64,000 nt of DNA from Clostridia bacterium. GTDB lineage: Bacteria; Bacillota; Clostridia; Christensenellales; Christensenellaceae. The position numbers were made by a program, and so were the translations under genes. Shown one piece after another: positions 47,292 to 57,102 of this stretch. Positions within the stretch are counted from its first letter, which is position 1, and each line of letters begins with the position of its first letter. The stretch lies in NCBI GenBank assembly GCA_017531505.1, contig JAFXKX010000010.1:63568-127567 (forward strand), read 5' to 3'. Under the pieces are notes generated by a model. The model worked only from the letters and a program-made list of their open reading frames with translations, ran no database searches and had not been told where the DNA came from.

Positions 47292-48089
47292 ATGACCATT
47301 CTGCAATCTTTGATTTTCTTTATTGCCAGCCTGTTGGCTTCTGTAGCCGGCGCAGTATGCGGTATCGGCGGCGGCGTCATCGTCAAGCCTACGCTGGAGT
47401 TGTTCGGATGGGCATCGGCAGCGACCATCAGTTTTTTATCCGGTACCATGGTGCTGGCCATGAGTTGTTATTCGGTGTTCCGTTCTCTCGGCAGCAAAGA
47501 AAGATCCGTCGACCTTCGCACAGCTACACCTTTGGCCATCGGTGCTGCAGTCGGCGGCGTCATCGGCAAAGTATTGTTTAATCTGATCCGCAGCAATTCC
47601 GCAAACCCCAATACCGTTGGGGCTGTACAGGCCATTTGTTTGCTTCTGGTCACGATAGGCACCCTGATTTACAATCTATGTAAGGCACATATCCGCACAC
47701 ACCATATGTCAAATGCTCTGCTTTGCGCCGCGATCGGCTTTGTGCTCGGGATCATGTCCAGTTTTCTGGGGATCGGCGGCGGTCCTATCAATCTGGTCGT
47801 GCTCAGTTATTTCTTCAGCATGGATTCCAAAACAGCGGCAGCAAACAGTTTGTATATCATTCTGTTCAGTCAGGCAGCCAGCCTGCTCTACACGGTCCTT
47901 GGAGGCAGTGTGCCCGCATTTACCTGCTTTACATTGGGTTGTATGATCGCAGGCGGTATTTTGGGCGGTATGATCGGCCGCTCGTGCAGTAAACGCATGA
48001 AAAATGCCGGTGTCGATACATTGCTCATGATACTGATGATCGTTATTATTCTGATGAGTGTCTATAATGCATGGTGTTATTTAGTATGA
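47292..48089 (+). CDS. sulfite exporter TauE/SafE family membrane protein
   Basis: Two GIGGG motifs; about 8 TM segments. Confidence 0.88.
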   Translation: MTILQSLIFFIASLLASVAGAVCGIGGGVIVKPTLELFGWASAATISFLSGTMVLAMSCYSVFRSLGSKERSVDLRTATPLAIGAAVGGVIGKVLFNLIRSNSANPNTVGAVQAICLLLVTIGTLIYNLCKAHIRTHHMSNALLCAAIGFVLGIMSSFLGIGGGPINLVVLSYFFSMDSKTAAANSLYIILFSQAASLLYTVLGGSVPAFTCFTLGCMIAGGILGGMIGRSCSKRMKNAGVDTLLMILMIVIILMSVYNAWCYLV

Positions 48090-48145
48090 TAAAAAAGCAT
48101 TTGCACATCTTTGCAAATGCCTTTTTATATAGAAAGCGGGGTTCT

Positions 48146-48610
48146 ATGATCCAATTTTATGCGCCGCAGATAGATGATCTGTGGTTCAAACAGCAAATGT
48201 TGGCCGATGCCGACACGATGTCCTATAATCATGCTTATGGCGGCACAATAGCCTTCCCGGAAGAGCGGTGGGCAGACTGGTATGCCCGATGGATGCTTTG
48301 TAATGACGGTACCCGATTTTATCGCTATCTCCGTTTAGAAGATCAATTTTTGGGCGAAGTCGCCTACCATCCGGATACAGAACAGAATATTTTCCTTGCC
48401 GATATATTGATCTATGCACCTTTTCGCGGCAAAGGATATGGACGCGAGGCACTCACTATGTTATGTACGGCCGCCAAAGAAAATGGCATCGGCACATTGT
48501 ATGACAGGATCGCCATCGACAATCCGTCGATCTCCTTGTTTTTGAGCTGCGGTTTTACTGAAATATCCCGCACAGAAGATAGCATTCTGGTCAAAATAGA
48601 TTTATTATAA
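48146..48610 (+). CDS. GNAT family N-acetyltransferase
   Basis: FRGKGYG and IAIDNPSISLFLSCGF. Confidence 0.85.
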   Translation: MIQFYAPQIDDLWFKQQMLADADTMSYNHAYGGTIAFPEERWADWYARWMLCNDGTRFYRYLRLEDQFLGEVAYHPDTEQNIFLADILIYAPFRGKGYGREALTMLCTAAKENGIGTLYDRIAIDNPSISLFLSCGFTEISRTEDSILVKIDLL

Positions 48611-48750
48611 AAAATATCTCCGCAGAAGTACTACGCATGACAGAGCTTTTGATCGTTCTCAATATCGGATTCCTTCTTGGGGCATTTTTGCCGGTCGTGC
48701 GTCTTACAGCCTTCTTTTTATAAAATCGGAGATGGCTGCAACTGGAAAAT

Positions 48751-48780
48751 AAAAAGGGTTTCCTGAAGGAAACCCTTTTT
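48751..48780 (-). terminator. terminator of the EF-Tu G-domain gene
   Basis: AAAAAGGGTTTCCT/AGGAAACCCTTTTT perfect stem 4 nt after the stop codon. Confidence 0.85.
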
Positions 48781-48784
48781 ATAC

Positions 48785-49333
48785 TTAGTCAAACAAGCCT
48801 GCCATAGCTTTGATTACTTCCACAATTTTGTCTCCATGCTCACCCGTCGGATTCATCATAGCTCTATCTGCGCTTCCTGTGATCATGGGCATAGACTCAT
48901 CATAGCCCTCTTCGGCCAAAACTTCCACTGCTCCAAAGCCCACGAGTTCCACCAATTCATCGTCATCCGCTATATCAACTTTACTTAAAAACAACACCAG
49001 CTTGTCAATGCCCTTTTCTTTGGCCATTCTTGCCAGTTCTCTCGTCTGGGACATGGGACCGTCCGTTGCTGCACAGATCATCAGTGCAGCGTCAAACTTT
49101 TCCTCGCCGGCCTCGAACATATCTATATAATCCGCAAAACCAGGATAGTCCATATACTGATAACTCTCACCGCCCACAACGAACGTAAAGGATTTTTTTG
49201 CCGTTACCACTTGTTCCCGTATCAGACCTGCTTCATCGCCGATACCGAACCGGTTGTAAAGCACACTGTTGAGCGCACGAATAAACGTTGTCTTGCCATG
49301 ATCAACATGACCCAAAACCAAAATTTTTCTCAT
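48785..49333 (-). CDS. stand-alone EF-Tu G-domain-like GTP-binding protein (182 aa; no domains II/III)
   Basis: GHVDHGKTT, DYPGFADY, AATDGPMSQTRE, SKVD, DDDELVELV, GSA and GDKI are collinear with EF-Tu domain I. Confidence 0.85.
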   Translation of the reverse strand: MRKILVLGHVDHGKTTFIRALNSVLYNRFGIGDEAGLIREQVVTAKKSFTFVVGGESYQYMDYPGFADYIDMFEAGEEKFDAALMICAATDGPMSQTRELARMAKEKGIDKLVLFLSKVDIADDDELVELVGFGAVEVLAEEGYDESMPMITGSADRAMMNPTGEHGDKIVEVIKAMAGLFD

Positions 49334-49365
49334 AACAGTTTCCCCCCCCCCGTACTCTTTGCCCC

Positions 49366-49394
49366 ATCATACTCCTTTTCAAAATATTTGTCAA
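49366..49394 (-). promoter_or_regulatory. sigma-A promoter of the EF-Tu G-domain gene
   Basis: Minus strand TTGACA-17 nt-TATGAT. Confidence 0.75.
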
Positions 49395-49520
49395 AATAGA
49401 TAATCTGTATTGCTTTAGAAGGTTCTTTCCGTGTTTTATAACCACAATAGTTATATTTGCAAATCGTATCTATGGCGAAATTCAAAAGAAACCACCTATC
49501 GATCTGCTTAGGCGGTTTCT

Positions 49521-50090
49521 TTATTTGCGAAAATACGCTTCTGCCTGTCGCGCATTATGCATTGATAGTTTTTCTATAGTATTGTCCTCATAGATTTTAT
49601 CTATGCTTTTTCTTACTATATCAGGAAAAATTTTTTCGATATCTTTTTGATAAAAATATCCGTCTCTTGGTTGTATTACATTCGTTATGATAAATTTCCC
49701 ATCTGCGTATTCTACTGTAAATTTACGTGGTCCGGAAGAACCGCTGCCTTGCTGGATACTGTCTCCTTCAGAATAATATTGATCTTCAACAATCCAAGCA
49801 TATACATTGTAATATGTATTGCTTTTATCTCCTTCCAACAGAAAAACACTCATACTAACAAAAGTTTTTTCATTCGCGTAGTATTTTACCGGCCTGTCGT
49901 CTCCTTGCTTCACTAAATATTCCAAAATTGTCTTTTCGATTTTCTCTGTATCTATATGATTTTGGACCTGAGGAAGGAATTCTGTATCACTCAAAAAACA
50001 ATGTGTTGACCGCAAGACTATCAGCATTACAATAAATATCAAACTGACTAAAAAAACCCTTTGCATTCCCTTTTTTTCTTGTTTCTGCAT
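49521..50090 (-). CDS. AT-rich hypothetical membrane-anchored protein
   Basis: N-terminal TM helix; VYAW...PRDG.FY.KDI..IFP motif; visibly lower GC than its neighbours. Confidence 0.7.
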   Translation of the reverse strand: MQKQEKKGMQRVFLVSLIFIVMLIVLRSTHCFLSDTEFLPQVQNHIDTEKIEKTILEYLVKQGDDRPVKYYANEKTFVSMSVFLLEGDKSNTYYNVYAWIVEDQYYSEGDSIQQGSGSSGPRKFTVEYADGKFIITNVIQPRDGYFYQKDIEKIFPDIVRKSIDKIYEDNTIEKLSMHNARQAEAYFRK

Positions 50091-50155
50091 GTTTTCCCCC
50101 TTCCTTTCACAAAATTAAGAATATGATCAAAACGCATCTATGTTTTTATTATATC

Positions 50156-50191
50156 AAAAAAACCTCGAAACCATAAGGTTTCGAGGTTTTT
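50156..50191 (-). terminator. terminator after rpsI
   Basis: AAAAACCTCGAAACC/GGTTTCGAGGTTTTT stem. Confidence 0.85.
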
Positions 50192-50213
50192 GAATACTCT
50201 GTAAGATAAGAAG

Positions 50214-50606
50214 TTATCTCTTGGAGAACTGAGGAGCACGACGTGCGGCCTTCAGACCGTACTTCTTTCTTTCCTTCATTCTTGCATCTCTGGTCAGGAA
50301 ACCAGCTTTCTTGATAACATCTCTCAGTTCGGGCTCTGCTTCTACCAGTGCACGAGCGATACCGTGACGGATAGCACCAGCCTGACCGGTGTAGCCACCA
50401 CCGTCAACGGTGATAACTGCATCGTAAGCGCCTACTCTCTCTGCTACTTCAAAGGGAGAGCGAGCCAGGATCTTGAGAGTTTCAAAACCGAAGTATTCTT
50501 CGATGTCTCTGCCATTAATAGTGATATTGCCAGCACCCTGCATGAGGCGAACTCTTGCAACGGAGCTTTTTCTTCTGCCGGTTCCGATGAACTGTTCTTT
50601 AGCCAT
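50214..50606 (-). CDS. rpsI: 30S ribosomal protein S9
   Basis: [12 protein letters not shown] and [19 protein letters not shown]. Confidence 0.98.
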   Translation of the reverse strand: MAKEQFIGTGRRKSSVARVRLMQGAGNITINGRDIEEYFGFETLKILARSPFEVAERVGAYDAVITVDGGGYTGQAGAIRHGIARALVEAEPELRDVIKKAGFLTRDARMKERKKYGLKAARRAPQFSKR

Positions 50607-50624
50607 AACTTAACCTCCTGCTAA

Positions 50625-51050
50625 TCAGAACTCCAGCGCCTTGGGGCACTGTGCCTGATGCTTGTGCTCAGCACCAGTGTAAACGTGCAGTTTCTTGATC
50701 ATCTTTCTGCCAAGAGTGGTCTTGGGCAGCATTCTTTCAACTGCGCGGTAGAACGCGAAATCGCTCTTCTTATCCATCAGATCTCTGTAGCTGGTAGCTC
50801 TCAGACCACCGGGATAGCCGGTGTGACGGTAGTAGAACTTCTTGTCCAGTTTCTTGCCGGTGAATACCAGCTTATCGGTATTGATAACGATTACATAGTC
50901 ACCGGTATCAACGTTGGGCGTAAATTCGGGTTTGTGCTTACCGATCAAAATTGCAGCGACCTGGCTTGCCAGACGACCGAAGGTCTTGCCTTCTGCATCG
51001 ACAATGTACCACTGTTTCTGGAGGTCGCTATTTGCCATATATGATTTCAT
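50625..51050 (-). CDS. rplM: 50S ribosomal protein L13
   Basis: [23 protein letters not shown] and HTGYPGG. Confidence 0.98.
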   Translation of the reverse strand: MKSYMANSDLQKQWYIVDAEGKTFGRLASQVAAILIGKHKPEFTPNVDTGDYVIVINTDKLVFTGKKLDKKFYYRHTGYPGGLRATSYRDLMDKKSDFAFYRAVERMLPKTTLGRKMIKKLHVYTGAEHKHQAQCPKALEF

Positions 51051-51084
51051 TGAGGCTTTCCTCCCAAGTAATAGTTTGATAAGA

Positions 51085-51145
51085 TGCGCTCTCGCGCGTA
51101 TGGTAGAATGCATGGCCTACGGGGCTTTGCAGAATCCATGCACAG
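51085..51145 (-). ncRNA. probable L13 leader (cis-regulatory RNA)
   Basis: TGCATGG...GCCCCG...CCATGCA hairpin plus a second GCGC hairpin between the TTGACA-17-TAGAAT promoter and rplM. Confidence 0.5.
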
Positions 51146-51205
51146 TATATTCTATATAAAAATATTTATAGTGTCAAGGAATTTTTCGCATAAAATCGGG
51201 CTTTT

Positions 51206-51961
51206 TTACAAATTTTCTAAGAAAAAATCATCGTAAAAAACTTCACACATGGCCAGACCCTGTGCCGGTGCCGTTACACCCGCCCGCGTACGGTCTCCTG
51301 CCGCAATAATATCCGGAATATCCGCTGCAGCGATCTTTCCTTTACCCACCGAGATCAAGGTCCCCGCGATGATACGTACCATATTATACAGGAACCCATT
51401 GCCCCATACATCCATATAGATATGCGGACCGTTTTGTGTGACTTCCAGTTTATAGATCCTGCGCACCGTACCTATGATATTGCTGCCCATAGAGCGGAAT
51501 GCAGAAAAGTCATGTTCCCCTTCAAAATACGAAGCAGCCTTCTGCATTTGTTCCAAATCCAGCTTTTGCGGTATGTGCATGGTCGTATTGCGCTCCAGCG
51601 CGCTGGCATGGGGAGCATGATATATCGTATACCGATAATGTTTTCCCACTGCCCCTTTTCGCGCATGAAAATCCTCTCCCGCCGCCCGGGACTCTATAAC
51701 CCTGATATCTGCTGGCAGCTTTTGATTGAGCACGTAACAGAATTTTTCGGGCGGGATTCCGCTATCCGTTTCAAAATGTGCCACCTGCCCATAGGCATGT
51801 ACGCCTGCATCTGTACGCCCTGCGCCTACAATGTGGCAGGGTGTTCCCAACACCGTTTCCAGTGCTTCTTCGATGCATTGCTGTATACTCGGTGCATTTT
51901 TCTGGCGCTGCCATCCGCCGTAAGCGGTGCCGTCATAACTGATTTTTATTGCGATCCGCAT
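51206..51961 (-). CDS. truA: tRNA pseudouridine(38-40) synthase
   Basis: YDGTAYGGWQ, AGRTDAGVHA and GFLYNMVRII. Confidence 0.97.
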   Translation of the reverse strand: MRIAIKISYDGTAYGGWQRQKNAPSIQQCIEEALETVLGTPCHIVGAGRTDAGVHAYGQVAHFETDSGIPPEKFCYVLNQKLPADIRVIESRAAGEDFHARKGAVGKHYRYTIYHAPHASALERNTTMHIPQKLDLEQMQKAASYFEGEHDFSAFRSMGSNIIGTVRRIYKLEVTQNGPHIYMDVWGNGFLYNMVRIIAGTLISVGKGKIAAADIPDIIAAGDRTRAGVTAPAQGLAMCEVFYDDFFLENL

Positions 51962-51963
51962 AG

Positions 51964-52758
51964 TCAGATACCACTGATAATAAATGCCATCTCTGCGGCA
52001 ATGATCAGCATTGCCAGATAGTCGATGCCTTTGAGTTTAAACACTTTCAGTCTTGTGCGATTGTCTCCGCCATGGTAGCAGCGCGCTTCCATAGCAAGTG
52101 CCAATTCCTCGGCACGCTTGAACGCACTGATAAACAACGGAATCAGCACTGGCAGCATATCTTTGATCCGTGAGAACAAATTGCCCGAATCAAAAGATGC
52201 GCCTCTGGCAGTCTGCGCTTTCATAATACGATCCGTTTCTTCCATCAGCGTAGGGATAAACCGCAATGCAATACTCATCATCAGCGCCATTTCGTGGACG
52301 GGGAATTTGATCTTTGCCAACGGACGGAACAAACTTTCGATCGCATCGGTGATTTCCTTCGCAGATGTTGTAAAGGTAAGCATTGTCGAGATCATGACCA
52401 ACAACACCAGACGCACTGCCATTTCTACCGCACGCAGCAAACTTTCCCGATAGATCCGGATAAACTGCCATTCTACCAAAACAGTCTCTCCTTTGACAAA
52501 GAAGGCGTTGAGCACAAAGGCCATCACAATGACAAGCCACATGGATTTCACGCTCTTCAGCGCCATTTTGAACGGGATTTTGCTGCCCAATATCATTGCG
52601 GCAACCAGTACCGCTACCGATACATACCCCAGTATCGATCTGACAAAAAAGATCATGACGATCAATACAATGGTCAGCACCAATTTCAGCCGCGCATCCA
52701 GGCGATGCATAAAGGAATTCCCCGGGAAATACTGACCAATGGTCACATTCTGCATCAT
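51964..52758 (-). CDS. ecfT: ECF transporter T component
   Basis: IALRFIPTL, AQTARG and AMEARCY. Confidence 0.95.
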   Translation of the reverse strand: MMQNVTIGQYFPGNSFMHRLDARLKLVLTIVLIVMIFFVRSILGYVSVAVLVAAMILGSKIPFKMALKSVKSMWLVIVMAFVLNAFFVKGETVLVEWQFIRIYRESLLRAVEMAVRLVLLVMISTMLTFTTSAKEITDAIESLFRPLAKIKFPVHEMALMMSIALRFIPTLMEETDRIMKAQTARGASFDSGNLFSRIKDMLPVLIPLFISAFKRAEELALAMEARCYHGGDNRTRLKVFKLKGIDYLAMLIIAAEMAFIISGI

Positions 52759-53612
52759 AACTGCTTCCCTCCCAGTTTTTCCATGAGCACGGCCTTCAGC
52801 TGATCATAACGGATCACATTCTGGGGAATATCCATTCCCTTTGCTCTCAACAGTTTCGCAAACTGTGCCACTTCCGGCAGGTTCAGGCTGGCTGCACGCA
52901 GTTTGTCGTAGTCCGAGAAGATTTCTTCGGGAGTTCCTTCCATAAACAATTCGCCATCGTTCATGACCAGTACATGCCTGGTATATTCGGCCAGATTATC
53001 CATATTGTGAGATACCATCAAAATGGTCAGCCCGCATTCGTTCAGGCTTTTGGTCAGACGCATAAAGTTCTCTCTGCCCATAGGATCCAATCCTGCAATA
53101 GGTTCATCCATGATGAGGATAGACGGTTCCATTGCCAGCACGCCCGCAATGGCGACCTTTCGCTTCTGACCGCCGGAAAGAGAAAAGGGCGATTTGTTAC
53201 GATACAGATCATAATCCAGCTCGACCAGATCCATGGCCGCTCTGACACGGCGTTCTACTTCCTCCGGCTCTACGCCCAATTTGGTAGGTCCATAGGCGAT
53301 ATCTTTTTCTATCGTTTCTTCAAACAGCTGATATTCCGGATATTGGAACACAACGCCAACTTGTCTGCGCAGCAGTTTTCTGTCCTGTTTTTTGTCTGCA
53401 TAGTCAATGCCGTTGATCAGCACTTTACCGTCGTATCCTTTGATAAGACCGCTGATGATCTGTACCAGCGTAGATTTACCACTGCCGGTATGTCCTACGA
53501 TCCCAACGAAATCTGCATCTTCTATTTCAAAGCTGACATTTTTCAGCGCCTGATGTTCAAAGGGGGTGCCCGGCATATATGTATAAGAAAGGTTTTCTAC
53601 TTTAATTGACAT
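52755..53612 (-). CDS. ecfA2: ECF transporter ATPase 2
   Basis: GHTGSGKST, VFQYPEYQLF and LSGGQ. Confidence 0.95.
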   Translation of the reverse strand: MSIKVENLSYTYMPGTPFEHQALKNVSFEIEDADFVGIVGHTGSGKSTLVQIISGLIKGYDGKVLINGIDYADKKQDRKLLRRQVGVVFQYPEYQLFEETIEKDIAYGPTKLGVEPEEVERRVRAAMDLVELDYDLYRNKSPFSLSGGQKRKVAIAGVLAMEPSILIMDEPIAGLDPMGRENFMRLTKSLNECGLTILMVSHNMDNLAEYTRHVLVMNDGELFMEGTPEEIFSDYDKLRAASLNLPEVAQFAKLLRAKGMDIPQNVIRYDQLKAVLMEKLGGKQL

Positions 53613-54433
53613 AATTCCTCCGCAAAGCTCTGCTCATTCAGCGTCGTGTGCACATCAATTCCTGCTTCCTTCAGTTCTCTGGAAAGCAATGCGGTAAACG
53701 GAGCCACCAATCCTGCATCATCCAGCAGTTCTTTGTCAAAGAACACCGTATCCGGCGTTCCGTCCCGCAGAACAAACCCGTCTTTCATAACGATAACCCG
53801 GTCCGCATCTACCGCTTCGTCCATATAGTGCGTGATCAGCACAATGGTAATATGCTCTTGCTGATTCAACGTTTTGATCAGCTGCATAATATCCTGACGT
53901 CCCTGAGGATCCAGCATTGCCGTAGATTCGTCAAAAAGGATCAGTTGCGGTTTCATTGCCAGCACTCCGGCAATGGCAATACGCTGCTTCTGGCCGCCCG
54001 AAAGCATATGCGGTGCGTGATTGCGGTATTCTTCCATATGCACCGTTTTGAGTGCATAATCGATCCGATCATAGATTTCCTCACGGGGAAAACCGAGGTT
54101 TTCCGGGCCGAAGGCAATATCTTCTTCCACAATTGTTGCAACCAGTTGATTATCCGGATTCTGGAACACCATACCTGCCGTCTTTCTGATATCCAGCGTC
54201 AGTTCTGCATCTGCAGTATCCATCCCTGCGACCATCACTTTCCCTGACGTCGGCAAATTCAGTGCATTAACCAATTTTGCAAAGGTCGATTTCCCACTGC
54301 CGTTTCTGCCAAGCACGACAACAAATTCGCCCTGCTTCACCTGAATATCCACACCATTGAGCGCAAAGGTATAATTTCCTTCGTCAGATATGTATGCAAA
54401 TTTCAACCCTGTGGCATCAATCATTTTATCCAT
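53597..54433 (-). CDS. ecfA1: ECF transporter ATPase 1
   Basis: GRNGSGKST, VFQNPDNQ and LSGGQ. Confidence 0.95.
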   Translation of the reverse strand: MDKMIDATGLKFAYISDEGNYTFALNGVDIQVKQGEFVVVLGRNGSGKSTFAKLVNALNLPTSGKVMVAGMDTADAELTLDIRKTAGMVFQNPDNQLVATIVEEDIAFGPENLGFPREEIYDRIDYALKTVHMEEYRNHAPHMLSGGQKQRIAIAGVLAMKPQLILFDESTAMLDPQGRQDIMQLIKTLNQQEHITIVLITHYMDEAVDADRVIVMKDGFVLRDGTPDTVFFDKELLDDAGLVAPFTALLSRELKEAGIDVHTTLNEQSFAEELCQLK

Positions 54434-54511
54434 GTCGGATCTCCTTTCCTTCCATGTGAAAAAAACGAGGCATTAGCATATAGCTAAAGCCTCGTTGTAT
54501 CCTGCCAGTTA

Positions 54512-55021
54512 TCAAACAAGTTCCAATACTACCATTTCAGCAGCATCACCGCGTCTCGGACCCATCTTGATGATACGGGTATAACCGCCACCCTGGCCCA
54601 GAGCTTCAGCTCTTGTAGCGTATCTGGGAGCAAGCTCTCTGAACAGTTTCTCGATGACCGGGAACTTGTTGTCTCTCAAACGTTCCTTATACTGTGCATC
54701 GGTCTCTTTTTCGAGCTTAGCCGGACGAACATTATAGAGTTCTGCGATCAGCTGACGTCTTACTGCGAGCTTTGCAGGTGCGTCTACGGTGAACTCAGTC
54801 TCTACGACATTGCCTTCCTTATCTTTTACGGACTTAGTAACCGTAACTGTATTCTTATACTGAGAAATTGCCTTGGTGATCTGCTTTTCAGCGATTCTCT
54901 GTACTTCTTTTGCACGAGCTTTGGTTGTAACAACCTTGCCTTCCCAAAGAAGTGCAGTTACCTGGCTTCTCAACATTGCTTTTCTCTGATCGGAAGGTCT
55001 GTTGAGTCTATTGTATGCCAT
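54512..55021 (-). CDS. rplQ: 50S ribosomal protein L17 (long form with internal insertions)
   Basis: RKAMLR...TTKARAKE...GGYTRIIKMGPRRGDAAEM. Confidence 0.95.
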   Translation of the reverse strand: MAYNRLNRPSDQRKAMLRSQVTALLWEGKVVTTKARAKEVQRIAEKQITKAISQYKNTVTVTKSVKDKEGNVVETEFTVDAPAKLAVRRQLIAELYNVRPAKLEKETDAQYKERLRDNKFPVIEKLFRELAPRYATRAEALGQGGGYTRIIKMGPRRGDAAEMVVLELV

Positions 55022-55053
55022 ACAAATCTGCCTCCTGATTAATCTTACTCAAA

Positions 55054-55998
55054 TTAGTCATTCTGACGAAGGCTCAGGCCCAATGCAGCCAGCTTCTGCT
55101 GTACCTCTTCGAGGGATTTTCTGCCCAGGTTTCTGACTTTCATCATTTCTTCTTCATTCTTCTTGATCAATTCCTCAACGGTATTGATTCCTGCTCTCTT
55201 CAGGCAGTTATAAGAACGTACGGAAAGATCCAATTCCTCGATCGTGATTTCCATGATCTTTTCTTTCTTGGCATCTTCTTTTGCAACCATGATTTCTACA
55301 TCACCGACGTGAGAAGTCAGGCTTACAAACTGACCAAGATATTCATAGAGGATCTTTGCTGCCAACGAAACAGCTTCGTCAGCAGGGATAGAACCATTGG
55401 TCCATACTTCCAAAGTGAGCTTATCGTAGTCAGTAACCTGACCTACACGAGTATTCTCAACCGTGAAATTTGCCTTAGTAACAGGTGTATAGAGAGAATC
55501 CATCGGTATTACCCCAATGGGCATACCTTCTTCTTTATTCTTATCTGCCAATACATAGCCTCTGCCATGCCCGACCATGATTTCCATGTCGAGAGTAGCA
55601 CCGTCATCCAGAGTAGCAATATGCAGGTCGGGATTTACGATTTCTACGTCGGCATCATAGCTGATGTCAGCCGCTGTAACTTCCTTAGGTCCAACGACGT
55701 TCAGCGTAAGAGTCTTGGGTTCATTGGAGAACAATCTGGCGCAAAGGCCTTTCAGGTTCAGCACAATGTTGGTAACATCTTCACGAACACCCGGGATTAC
55801 CGAGAACTCGTGCAGCACGCCATTGATTCTGATTTTTGTAACTGCTACACCGGGCAGACAGGAGAGCAGAACTCTCCGCAAGGAATTGCCCAGGGTAGTG
55901 CCGAAGCCCTTTTCCAAAGGCTCCATCACAAATTTGGCATAGCTCTTGTCGTCACTCTTCTCAACGCATTCGATCTTAGGCTTTTCAATTTCCAGCAT
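55054..55998 (-). CDS. rpoA: RNA polymerase alpha subunit
   Basis: [21 protein letters not shown] and [16 protein letters not shown]. Confidence 0.99.
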   Translation of the reverse strand: MLEIEKPKIECVEKSDDKSYAKFVMEPLEKGFGTTLGNSLRRVLLSCLPGVAVTKIRINGVLHEFSVIPGVREDVTNIVLNLKGLCARLFSNEPKTLTLNVVGPKEVTAADISYDADVEIVNPDLHIATLDDGATLDMEIMVGHGRGYVLADKNKEEGMPIGVIPMDSLYTPVTKANFTVENTRVGQVTDYDKLTLEVWTNGSIPADEAVSLAAKILYEYLGQFVSLTSHVGDVEIMVAKEDAKKEKIMEITIEELDLSVRSYNCLKRAGINTVEELIKKNEEEMMKVRNLGRKSLEEVQQKLAALGLSLRQND

Positions 55999-56048
55999 TA
56001 GCGAAAAAACCTCCTTAATGCTTTAGTAGTTGACCGGCGGCTATATGA

Positions 56049-56678
56049 TTACTTGGAGTAAGATTCGACGATGAGGTTTTCTGCGATCGTGAGATCAATA
56101 TCTTCCCTCTCAGGCAAAGCTACTACAGAGCCGCGCAAGTTTTCAGCATCAAATGTGAGCCACTTGGGAATGGGCTTCCCTGCCTGCTCCATGATCTGCT
56201 TGAAACGATCTTTTCCTGCACTCTTTTCCTTAACAGCGATCTCCTCGCCTACGCTTACGCGATAAGAGGGGATATCAACTTTCTTACCGTTAACGGTAAT
56301 GTGACCATGCATAACAAACTGTCTAGCCTGTGCTCTGGAATCACCAATACCCATACGATAAACTACGTTATCCAGTCTACGCTCGAGCAGAGACAGCATG
56401 TAAGCACCGGTGATGCCCTGCTGCTTTGCAGCCAAAGTGTAGTAGGACTTAAACTGTTTCTCCTGAGCACCCATACCGTATGCTCTCTTGACTTTCTGCT
56501 TTTCTCTCAGCTGAAGGCCATACTGGGAAACTTTCTTTCTGCTGGTGCCGTGCTGACCAGGTGCAGCAGGGCGCTTAGCAAATGCACACTTTTCTGTATA
56601 GCAACGATCGCCCTTCAAGAAGAGTTTGCAACCTTCTCTACGGCAAAGACGGCATACAGGACCTGTATATCTAGCCAT
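56049..56678 (-). CDS. rpsD: 30S ribosomal protein S4
   Basis: [16 protein letters not shown] and [11 protein letters not shown]. Confidence 0.98.
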   Translation of the reverse strand: MARYTGPVCRLCRREGCKLFLKGDRCYTEKCAFAKRPAAPGQHGTSRKKVSQYGLQLREKQKVKRAYGMGAQEKQFKSYYTLAAKQQGITGAYMLSLLERRLDNVVYRMGIGDSRAQARQFVMHGHITVNGKKVDIPSYRVSVGEEIAVKEKSAGKDRFKQIMEQAGKPIPKWLTFDAENLRGSVVALPEREDIDLTIAENLIVESYSK

Positions 56679-56692
56679 GAATCAATACCTCC

Positions 56693-57085
56693 TTATACTC
56701 TTCTGCGCTTGGGAGGACGGCAACCGTTGTGAGGAATGGGGGTCACGTCTCTAATCAGAGTGATCTCCAGACCAGCCGTCTGCAAAGCGCGAATCGCAGC
56801 TTCTCTGCCTGCGCCGGGGCCTTTTACGAATACTTCAACAGTCTTGAGACCATGTTCCATAGCAGCTTTTGCTGCGGTCTCTGCTGCCATCTGTGCAGCA
56901 AAGGGAGTAGACTTTCTGGAACCACGGAAACCAAGGGCACCGGAGCTGGACTGAGACAAGGCATTGCCCTGCATATCAGACATAGTTACGATAGTGTTGT
57001 TGAAAGAAGAACGGATATGTGCCTGACCGCGCTCGATATTCTTTTTCTCTTTGCGGCGTCTGCTAACTATTACTGTTTTAGCCAT
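56693..57085 (-). CDS. rpsK: 30S ribosomal protein S11
   Basis: [17 protein letters not shown] and [13 protein letters not shown]. Confidence 0.98.
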   Translation of the reverse strand: MAKTVIVSRRRKEKKNIERGQAHIRSSFNNTIVTMSDMQGNALSQSSSGALGFRGSRKSTPFAAQMAAETAAKAAMEHGLKTVEVFVKGPGAGREAAIRALQTAGLEITLIRDVTPIPHNGCRPPKRRRV

Positions 57086-57102
57086 TTATATTACCCTCCT
57101 TC

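Noticed and set aside
48785-49333. tuf pseudogene
   Set aside because: Intact frame, clean end near the domain boundary, own promoter and terminator, and a motif-preserving pattern of divergence
49334-49380. Upstream AAGGAG-ATGATG that a G9 allele would fuse in frame to the mini EF-Tu ORF (ON/OFF phase variation)
   Set aside because: That sequence coincides with the spacer and -10 box (TATGAT) of the sigma-A promoter, so it is probably not in the mRNA
48600-50230. Integrative element at the rpsI 3' end
   Set aside because: No integrase and no convincing direct repeat of the rpsI 3' end found
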